64,000 bases of DNA, from contig NC_068981.1 of assembly GCF_001194135.2 (NCBI RefSeq), positions 38,016,263 to 38,080,262 on the forward strand. Direction: 5' to 3'. The notes under the pieces were generated by a model. It was given only the letters and a program-made list of their open reading frames with translations. It did no database searches and was not told where the DNA came from. Both the position numbers and the translations under genes were made by a program. This stretch comes from Octopus bimaculoides (taxonomy: Eukaryota). Below are positions 52,031 through 61,380 of the stretch, piece by piece (the first letter of the stretch is position 1; each line of letters starts with the position of its first letter).

Positions 52031-53024
52031 CAATACCTTTCAGACTCTTCATATTAATGAAATCCCATTCAGAAGGAATCAAACTGTAATTCACCCAACT
52101 GTCCATTTGATAACTGGAAAAATATCTTAAGTATGCAAAGTTGAGGAAGTGATTAAGTCTGATCTGAGAATATAGGATTTAACAGTGATGACACAAGATC
52201 AAGGTGAATGACTATACAATGTATTCTAGACTTACCCAACCCATACCATCATAGAATATTGGATGCAGGAACAATGGTGGTGAAGACATACTCCACTGGT
52301 CAATTTTTATATAAAACAGAGCAATCAACCAGGATGGAAGTTGCGCTTTGTACTTCTTCGTTAAGAACAACAAGGTTGAAATTATATTCAAAAGAATTAA
52401 AATATATTCACATTTTACACAAAAAAATACTTCAACAAATCTTGGAGGCTGTGAAATGAAGCATATAAAAAGTGAGAACCAGTGACTATTCAATCATGCA
52501 TAGAGGAAGTACAACTTGAAGACATTACCAGTTCCCATTTGAATAATATACATCAAACACTTTCAATCTATTAAAAGATTTCATTTTAGAGACATTATTT
52601 TAGAGAGAAATAATATGTTTTCTTGTTAAGCTATTTGGTTTTAAGGAGTTTTCAAAAGAGACTCCAATTACAAGCTTGTAATGTCTGATTTACGTGAGCT
52701 TTTCTTTGCATAACAGAGAAAAAGGACATTAAATTTATGCAAAGTTGAAAACTAGTTTCTATGCGAGAAATTTAGGTTGAAGGCTATTTAAAATGAGTAA
52801 AATATTGGTCTGGTTTTGTTTCAATGTAGAAATTAATGGTTTCTTTTTTTAAAAAGTATAAAATATTTTGTAAAACAAAAATGAAGTAAAACTGATTAAG
52901 TTTGAAAAAAAAAGAAGATTGTTAATAAAACTATATTTATGCTAGTGGTAAAAATGGTAGCTGAAAATAAGAAACTGTAATTTCATGGAGCACCTATGTA
53001 ACATATTAGTATACTAAAACAGAA

Positions 53025-53362
53025 TCATCATCATCATCGTCATCGTTTAATATCTGCTTTCCATGCTGCCATGGTTTGGGCGGTTTGACTGAGGGCTGGC
53101 AAGCCAGAAGGCTGCACCAGGCTCCAATCTGATCTGGCAAAGTTTCTACAGCTGGATGCCCTTCTTAATGCCAACAACTCTGAGAGTGTAGTGGATGCTT
53201 TTTACATGCCATCAACATGAGGGTCAGTCAGGTGGTACTGGCATCAACCACATGTGAAAGGTGCTTTTTATGTGCTACCAGCACAGAAGTCAGTCAGGTG
53301 GCACTGGCAATGACCACGCTTAAATGGTGACTTTTACATGCCACTGGCATGGGTGCCAATCA
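53025..53362 (-). mobile_element. RTE LINE 3'UTR fragment
   Basis: (CAT)n GTTTAATATCTGCTTTCCATGCTG..CTACAGCTGGATGCCCTTC.. Confidence 0.85.
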
Positions 53363-53639
53363 GGCAGTACTGTCATCCTTTTGGGCTCAATTAAGTAAGT
53401 ACCAGTTGAGTGTTATACATTTAGTGGAACATACCTCATTTCTATGCAGTTCAGTGATCACATATTCTTTGTATTTGATGGCAGTTTTTTAAATACCATG
53501 TAAAACAATTCCTTTGTTGCCAACGGAGGAAATAGTTCTTTCCACTTTTCCCCTGCTGTCCTTACTCTGCTTATCATGTTTTCACTGTATAAACCTCTGC
53601 AAGTAGTAAGCAAAGCATTCAAGAAATTTTAGTAATTCT

Positions 53640-53831
53640 CCACGGAACGAGATGCCAGTTTGGTACAGAGTCAATCTTTCAGTACCACTGGTATTCATTT
53701 TCAGCTGAGAGTACAGGAACAATATGAAATGAAATATCTTACTCAAACACAGAACACATCACCTGTCTTGAGAATCAACCTATTAATTTAACAGCCATGA
53801 GCACAACATCCTAACCACTGGGCCATATACC
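53640..53831 (-). mobile_element. SINE family A, old
   Basis: CAGCTGAGAGTACAGGAACAATATGAAATGAAATATCTTACTCAA..CCTAACCACTGGGCCAT. Confidence 0.6.
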
Positions 53832-54199
53832 TTCATCCTAATTAGCAGAGGTGTCAGCAAACATGTCAAAGACTTCAATTGAAATCAGTAAATATTCTCT
53901 CTTGATAATAGTAGTATAAATTTCATATTAAACAGTAATTTGTTCAGACTTTCTCAACACATAGGATATGACTGGTACTTAATTTATCCCTCTTGAGAAA
54001 AGGCAAAACAAAGTTAATCATAGTATAATACAACTAAACACTTTCTATGTTTCTAATGACACAAAACCAGAGATTATGAGAAAGAAAATTGATTAGATGA
54101 TTCACAATATATATCATGTACTTATTTTATGAACCAATTAAGTAAGGTGAGGGCAGAATATATAATGTAAGGTATTTTGGATGTTCCTACCTCCTACAT

Positions 54200-55102
54200 A
54201 CCTACAAGAAATATTAGGCCAACATTTTAAAGAACGGCAGTAGCCCAACATGTCATGTATGTAATCAACAAAAAGAAACGCTGGATCATATCTCCATGTG
54301 CAGCCTTCTTGTGCCTACAGAGTATCTCAACAGGCATGATAGAGTGGCACAGTATATTCACTGGGTAATTTGCAAAGACCTGGACCTGCCTCATGATAAA
54401 AACTGGTGGGAACAAAAACCACCTCCTGTGCTTGAAAACGATCACATCTCACTCCTTTGGAACTTTACTGTTCAAACTGACAGAAAGATACATGCAAATA
54501 AGCCAGACATTGAAGGATCTCAGACAAAAATCATGTCTCCTTATTGATATGATTGTCCCAATTGACATAAATGTATCTGTCAAGACCTTCCAAAAAACTG
54601 AGTATAAAGATCTTGAAATAGAAATTAGCAAAATGTGGAACATCAAGACTAAAACATTACCTTTTGTCACAGGTGCCCAAAGAATGATAGCAAAAGGGAC
54701 TGATTACTACCTAGCTCAGATACCAGGAAATCTAAAAATAGAAGAAATTATAAAAATAATGCTTATTGGAAATGTCCATATCCTACGAATTATATTTTCT
54801 ATGTAATCCCCAAAACATTTTAATATGTAAATATTGTCAAAGCACTTTTAAATGTACATACTACCAAACACTTTTTACTGTCATCTTAAGATCACTCTAT
54901 CATCTTATAATCAAATTACTTTTAAAGCAAACTTCTAATTTTTTAATGTTTTGACAGACATTCCTGAGAACAATACTTTGTGCAAAATCAAAAATGTTAC
55001 ACCCTAGTTATAACACCAACTTGAACTTCTAACTTGTTATCTCTTGAGATCTCTGATTGAGACTTGGAGTCAACTTATATAAATACAAAGCAAAAGCCAA
55101 AC

Positions 55103-55104
<2 letters not shown>
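54200..55104 (+). mobile_element. R4/Dong-clade non-LTR retrotransposon 3' part (CCHC knuckle and restriction-like endonuclease)
   Basis: CHVCNQQKETLDHISMC, EYLNRHDRVAQYIHW, W..F..QTDRKIHANKPDI, CLLIDMIVPID.N..K..K.EYKDLEIEISKMW; frameshifted; 3'UTR ends in (TAA)n. Confidence 0.9.

Positions 55105-55163
<59 letters not shown>
55105..55163 (+). repeat. (TAA)n; further tracts at about 55651-55696 and 55881-55943
   Basis: Direct inspection. Confidence 0.98.
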
Positions 55164-55166
<3 letters not shown>

Positions 55167-55648
55167 GATAAATGCCCTGATGCAGTACCAGGCACTGGCT
55201 CCCATAACTTCTGCTCAATACCACAGATTTGCTTGTCAGTTATTTGACCTTAACCAGTTGAGCAAGTCCCTTGGTGGCTGATGATATGTGCATCTCTGAT
55301 CATAAGCAGAAGTAGTGGGGGAGCATCATAGCCATGTGTTGAGAGGAATTCTTTGGGGTTTGAATAATTCACCTTTGGAAACATGGGTGTTTTGCTCAAC
55401 ATCCTTAAACCTTATTCAGGGACCTTTTGAGCGGGATGGGCTACTCGACCTGAAGAAAATTTTAACTGGGCCCTACCTGCGAGGTCATGTGCTGTTAATC
55501 TTGATATGAGATTGCCATGTCGCACACATATGGTTGTGATGCATGTGCCTGGTGTACCCTTATCAGACGGGTAGTCATGATGGGCATAATGGGCTTTGTA
55601 TATTTGTACCCCAGTGTCACTTTGATGGCATGCACTGCTCTCTCACTC
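55164..55648. mobile_element. Unclassified GC-richer element (about 485 bp) bounded by (TAA)n at both ends
   Basis: Sharp boundaries with TAA tracts, no meaningful ORF, no tRNA boxes seen. Confidence 0.55.
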
Positions 55649-55744
55649 AAAAATAATAATAATAATAACAATAATAATAACAATAATGATAATAATGAGT
55701 ACTGTCTATGTAATAATAATGAGTACTGTCTATGTGATCTCAAA

Positions 55745-55880
55745 TTTTAAAACAAACACGATCCAAATATGTGGTACCATAGGCATAACACCTACATGAA
55801 CTTCTAACTTGTTGTCTCTTGAGGTCTCTGGGTGAGACTTGGATCCAACTTGTACAAATGCAAAGCAAAAGTCAAACATA
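55745..55880 (+). mobile_element. Second R4/Dong 3'UTR end
   Basis: GAACTTCTAACTTGTTGTCTCTTGAGGTCTCTG..GAGACTTGG..CAAAGCAAAAGTCAAACAT then (TAA)n; homologous to about 54995-55104. Confidence 0.85.
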
Positions 55881-55881
55881 A

Positions 55882-55943
<62 letters not shown>

Positions 55944-55944
<1 letters not shown>

Positions 55945-56710
55945 GATCCTTTCTACTAAAGGCACAAGGCCTGAAATTTTGGGAGTGGGGCTAGTTGATT
56001 TTATTGATCCCAGTGCATAACCGGTTTATATTTCATCAACCCCCAAAAGGATGAAAGGCAAATTCAAACTTGGTGGAGTTTGAACTTGGAACATAAAGAC
56101 TGACAAAATGCTGCTAAGCATTTTGCCTAGCATGCTAATAATAATAACAATCCTTTCTACAATAGACACAAAGCCATAAGTTCTTGGGGATGGGGGTAGT
56201 CGATTATCTCAGTCCTAGTGCTCAACTGGTACTTATTTTAACAACTCTGAAAGAATGCAAGTCAAAGTTGACCTCTGCGGAATTTGAACTCAGGACATGA
56301 ATATGAACGAAATGCTGCTAATCATTTTGTCTGACATGCTAATAATTCTGCCAGGTTCAAATTTTGGCACAAGTCCAGCAAATTTAGATGGAATGGGTTA
56401 GTCAATTACATAGAGCCATATATTTGTCTGGGACATTTTTTTTTATTAATCCTCAAAGGATGAATGACAAAGTTAATCTTAATGGGATTAGAATTCAGAA
56501 CATAAAGAGCCTGAAGAAATACCTCTGAGCTTTTTGTTCACCATACTAAGAATTCAGCTACCTCACTGCTTTTATGATGTGGTTTATATTGACTCGGTGG
56601 GAATGAAAGGCAAAGTTTTCCTTGGTGGAATTGAACACAGAATGCAAAGAACCAAAACATATACCTTGTAGCACTTGACCTCAGACAATTCTGCCAGCTG
56701 ACCACCTTAA
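55944..56710 (-). mobile_element. Tandem cluster of four SINE family C copies
   Basis: Units at about 55944-56137, 56148-56355, 56356-56540 and 56590-56710, all minus strand. Confidence 0.85.
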
Positions 56711-57364
56711 TAATTGCACTGTTTATTTGCCACAAGGGTGACACAATGGAAATTTTAAAAAGCTGAATTACAAAAGGGAGAGGGTTTTACATAAAGTAAG
56801 AAGAAAATAAAAATACATATATTGAACGGTAAAATATAAAATACAGAAATATGAAAATAATGGATGTGTCCCAAAGGAGGACAGTTCTCTACAGCAAGAT
56901 AGGGTGCCCTACAGATTTCTAAGGCAAGTGTCAAATAATTGTATATATTAACTCTGTTGTTGTTGCTGCTGCTGTTGTTGTTGTTGTTGTTATTACAGGG
57001 AGGCATTTGCTTGCCTCACTGCTGTGCTGCACCACAAGCATTACTAATATTGACAGACTTAATGCCTAAACATTTGTTTTATTTCCTTGAAAATTCATTG
57101 GAAAAGTCATTTATTTTTCATTTTGACAAGCAAAATTATGAAGTTAGATGACAACTTTAATGTTACCACTGTCTTTGTTACTTCCTGCTGCCCCTCAATC
57201 TTCAAAATTCAACATTGGTGACGTTATTAATTAAAATGTTTGCTGGCAGCAGACAACATGGAAATAATAATTAGGAGGGATACTGAGCGGTTTAAAACCC
57301 TCTTTTCCTGAAAGTGTCTAAAACAATTACAGTGATACAGATTCCAATCTTCACCAAAGAAATT

Positions 57365-57545
57365 TAAGGGTTGTGTGGTTAAGAATACGTACAGGCATAT
57401 TTGCACAGTTAAGAAGCTTGCACTGTAACTATGTTATTTTGGGTTCAGTTCCACTGCAGTGCACTTTGGGCAAATTACATTACTATACCCCTGGACCAAT
57501 CAATATGCTATGAATGGATTTGGTAGACATAAATTGAATACATAC
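57365..57545 (+). mobile_element. SINE family B head (with duplicated start)
   Basis: GGTTGTGTGGTTAAGAA..CAGTTAAGAAGCTTG..GGGTTCAGTTCCACTGC..GGATTTGGTAGAC. Confidence 0.7.
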
Positions 57546-57546
57546 C

Positions 57547-57581
<35 letters not shown>

Positions 57582-57770
57582 GGGAGAATGAACGAAAAAA
57601 CAACAACAGACGAGGACAGGTGGTGTAAATAACAAAAGGATGTATTAGTATGACGCTCAGGAATACGGAAAGTCTTTGACGTTTCGAGCTACGCTCTTCA
57701 ACAGAAAGAATACGGAGAAAACAAGGAGAAAAACACGGAGAAAAAAAATTGAATAGTGTTCAGTCAACAG
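57582..57770 (-). mobile_element. Penelope-like pseudo-LTR, young, with minimal hammerhead-like motif
   Basis: Minus TCTTT CTG TTGAAGA GCGTAGCTC GAAA CGTC AAAGA at 57709-57673; CpG-rich. Confidence 0.6.
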
Positions 57771-58158
57771 AGGCGTTGGAGTGGCTGTGTGGTAAGTAGC
57801 TTGCCTACCATCCACATGGTTCTGGTATGGCACTTTGAGCAAGTGTCTTCTACTATAGCCTCGGGCTGATCAAAGCCTTGTAAGTGGATTTGGTAGACGG
57901 AAACTGAAAGAAACCCGTTGTATATATGTATATGTATATATATGTGTGTGTGTGTTTGTCCCCACCAACGTCGCTTGACAACCGATGCTGGTGTGTTTAC
58001 TACCCTGTAACTTAGCAGTTCGGCAAAAGAAAATGATAGAATAAGTACTGGGCTTATAAAGAATAAGTCCTGGGGGTGCGACTTGCTTGACTAAAGGCAG
58101 TGCTCCAGCATGGCCGCAATCAAATGACTGAAACAAGTAAAAGAGTAAAAGAGTAAAA
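57771..58158 (+). mobile_element. SINE family B, full-length young copy
   Basis: tRNA-like head GGAGTGGCTGTGTGGTAAG, internal (TA)/(TG)n, 3' tail CATGGCCGCAATCAAATGACTGAAAC(AAGTAAAAGAGT)n. Confidence 0.9.
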
Positions 58159-58363
58159 TATATATATATATCGTCATAGTGAATCATATATCTGAAAAAG
58201 CAGCACACTTGAATGAATAGAACGGTAATGTATTAATATGAAGTTAAATATATGTCCAATCATAAAGTGACCAATGGTGCTTTGCTTTAAAGACAACTCA
58301 TCAGCTTTATGGATGCTCTACGACCAGACATATATTTAACTGCATATAACATATATACACATA

Positions 58364-58972
58364 TCATCATCATCATCATCATCATCATCATCGTTTAACG
58401 TCCGCTTTTCGTGCTAGCATGGGTTGGACGATTTGACTGAGGACTGGTGAAACCGGATGGCAACACCAAGCTCCAATCTAATTTGGCAGAGTTTCTACAG
58501 CTGGATGCCCTTCCTAACGCCAACCACTCAGAGAGTGTAGTGGGTGCTTTTACGTGTCACCTGCACGAAAACGGCCACGCTCGAAATGGTGTCTTTTATG
58601 TGNNNNNNNNNNNNNNNNNNNNNNNNNNNNNNNNNNNNNNNNNNNNNNNNNNNNNNNNNNNNNNNNNNNNNNNNNNNNNNNNNNNNNNNNNNNNNNNNNN
58701 NNNNNNNNNNNNNNNNNNNNNNNNNNNNNNNNNNNNNNNNNNNNNNNNNNNNNNNNNNNNNNNNNNNNNNNNNNNNNNNNNNNNNNNNNNNNNNNNNNNN
58801 NNNNNNNNNNNNNNNNNNNNNNCTGTTAGGGTGTGGCACTTTTTCACGCAGCTATCCTCATCCATTCTCACCACATGTCCATACCAGCGCAATCGTCTCT
58901 CTTGCACACCACAACTGATGCTTCTAATGTTCAGCTTTTCTCTCAAGATACTTACACTCTGACGGGTATTCA
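58364..58972 (-). mobile_element. RTE LINE 3' fragment spanning a gap, young
   Basis: RQSVSILREKLNIRSISCGVQERRLRWYGHVVRMDEDSCVKKC; tail (CAT)n GTTTAACGTCCGC. Confidence 0.9.
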
Positions 58973-59374
58973 CATATATATATATATATGTATATATGTA
59001 TATATGTATATATGTATGTATGTATATCAATGAGGAAAACCATTAATTTTAATTTTCTGAGTGAGAATTAAGTAGTAACAGTACTGCAGAGTAAAATCTA
59101 TTTACTGAAGTAAATTGGCAGTCCTGACTAGGATGATGTTACTACTTTTTTTCAGCCACTGAAGCATGTCTTTTCCAGTTGGCTACTGATGCACAACTGT
59201 GTCCTTATACTTCGAACAAAGGAACTCATGTCCCCACACAGCATTAAATGGTACCTCCAGACCATGGTTTCTGGGTAATTTCTCTTCATTGGCACGGGAT
59301 AACTGTTGGCTTAGAGATGGCAGCACTAGTTCTGTATATACCTCGAATAAGTTATAATTTTAATATTTTCAACT

Positions 59375-59575
59375 AGGCCCAAGCATGTCTGTTTGGTTAA
59401 GAAGCTCACATTGTGACCACATAGCTTTGGGTTCATTCCCACCGTGCAATAACTTGGACAAGTGTCTTCAACTATAGCCTCAAATTGAGGCTACAGTAGA
59501 AGACGCTTGTCTAAGGTAACATCTTGTGAGTAAATTTGGTAAACAGAAACTGAGTGGAAGTCCCACACGTATGCA
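59375..59575 (+). mobile_element. SINE family B head with internal fold-back
   Basis: Head sequence plus a 33-nt inverted duplication centred on 59484. Confidence 0.8.
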
Positions 59576-59587
59576 CACACACGTACG

Positions 59588-59622
<35 letters not shown>

Positions 59623-59649
59623 ATGCATACACACATGCACACACACACA

Positions 59650-59800
59650 ATGGGCTTCCTCACAGTTTCTCTCCACCAAATCTATTCACAATGGCATTGG
59701 TTAACTCAGAGCTACAGTAGAAGACACTTGCTCAAGTTGCCACACAATGGGACCGAACCCAGAACCACAAGCCTCTCAATCACACAGCTTTGCCTGCACT
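59650..59800 (-). mobile_element. SINE family B head, inverted relative to 59375
   Basis: GGGCTTCCTCACAGTTTC..CTACAGTAGAAGACACTTGCTCAAG..GAACCCAGAACCAC. Confidence 0.8.
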
Positions 59801-60227
59801 TATATAAAAGAAATAGAATTTATGTTAAAAATAAGGTTTATGAATGCCATGCTAAAACGATGGCATGGAAACTTCCAACATAACCACTATGTGATAAAAC
59901 TGAACAGGTGAAGGAATAGATAAGAAAAATATTAGCTCTGGCTGAGAAGTAGAAGAATCAAAGCTGAGCCTGAATGATTATTTATTGTGGTAGAGTATCA
60001 AAGCTTTCTTACTATAAAATATCAAAAGCCTGTAATGAAGCAGAATACATTAAATAGCTGCATTCATGTGGTATTTGTGAAGAAACAATTTACTACATTG
60101 TCTGTGGCTACCAAGACTTAGCAATAAATGAATATATGTGCATGTATGACAAAGTTGGTGCTTTCATATGCAGGAAATTATGGCAGCATTATGGAATGCT
60201 GACAAAAAATAAGTGTTAAAAACTTAC

Positions 60228-60273
60228 CTGAAAAAGTCTGACCATAATGAATGCCCTTTATTGAACGGTTAAG
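60228..60273 (-). CDS. Candidate 46-nt exon LNRSIKGIHYGQTFS (phase 0-1)
   Basis: Acceptor tgtatctttttatgcttcatag; perfect donor CAG|gtaagt; only one frame open. Confidence 0.45.
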
Positions 60274-60334
60274 CTATGAAGCATAAAAAGATACAGCATA
60301 ACATAAACATGCACATACACATACAAAAACATAA

Positions 60335-60500
60335 CAAGCTTCTGCACAGTTTCCAAGTGGCCAAAATTTACTCACAAAATATTGGTCAACCCAAATCTTT
60401 AGTAGGAGGTGCTTAATTGAAATGTCACATAAAGGGACTGAATGAAGAACATATGGTCTCATAAAAGACTTATTCATTTCACTATAGCACAGGCTTGCCT
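60335..60500 (-). mobile_element. SINE family B head, diverged
   Basis: GCTTCTGCACAGTTTCC..AAATTTACTCACAAAATATTGGTCAACCC. Confidence 0.5.
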
Positions 60501-61039
60501 GGCACTTACTGTAGTAAATAATTAAAGAATATAAATAAATAAATGAAGAAATAAAAAATAAATAAGCAAATAAATTAATAAATAAAGGGAGAGGAAACAC
60601 TTGTCTACAACCAACATTTCTAGTAACAAACAGCTACAATGCATTAATGAATAACAATTTCTGGCAGTTCAGTATTAGCAGTAGCAACAGCAAGTGGTTT
60701 TCCTGCAAAATATTCTTCCTTCTGCTATCTCATTAAAGGTAGATCAGTGTTGGATCTGGAAGAAGCAGAGTAGTATACTTTGCCTGATCAAACAACAGAG
60801 TGACACCAAGCCATTGAGGGAGTTTCTATATAGTTTCTTTACCTGCTAGAAACACCAGCCAAATATTTCCAAATCCACTTCTTTTATATTCACAATTCTG
60901 TACATCGTGGGAACACCCTGACACATCTTCATCTCCATCCTCTTGCTTTTCCAAATGGAGTAACCATGTATTTCTCCTGTAGCAAGGTACCTACTTTCTC
61001 ATCATCTGGCATAAATCCAGCTCCCACACAAATATTTTC

Positions 61040-61380
61040 CTCTCATTTGGGGGGTTTTTGTTTTGCATGTTACTTGGTAACCTCACAAGTGCCGGTGCCA
61101 CTTAAAAAGCACACAGTGGGCACCATAAAGTAGTTGATGTTAGGAAAGGTATCCAGCCAGAAAAACCGTGACACAATAGACATTGGAGTTTGGGACAGTC
61201 TTCTGGCTTACCAGCTCCAATTGAATTTTCCAAACCATGCCAGCATGGAAAATGGACATTAAATGATGATGATGCTGATAATGATGATAATGAAGATGAG
61301 GATAATGATGATGATGATGACGATGATGATGATGATGATGCTGTTGATGATGATGAGGATAATGACTATAACAACGATGA
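61040..61380 (+). mobile_element. RTE-type 3' tail with expanded (GAT)n
   Basis: GTTAGGAAAGGTATCCAGCC..CCATGCCAGCATGGAAAATGGACATTAAATGATGAT. Confidence 0.8.

Noticed and set aside
60228-60273. GIHYG as a nuclear-receptor DNA-binding motif
   Set aside because: No flanking C-x2-C ligands or CEGCKGFF; coincidental
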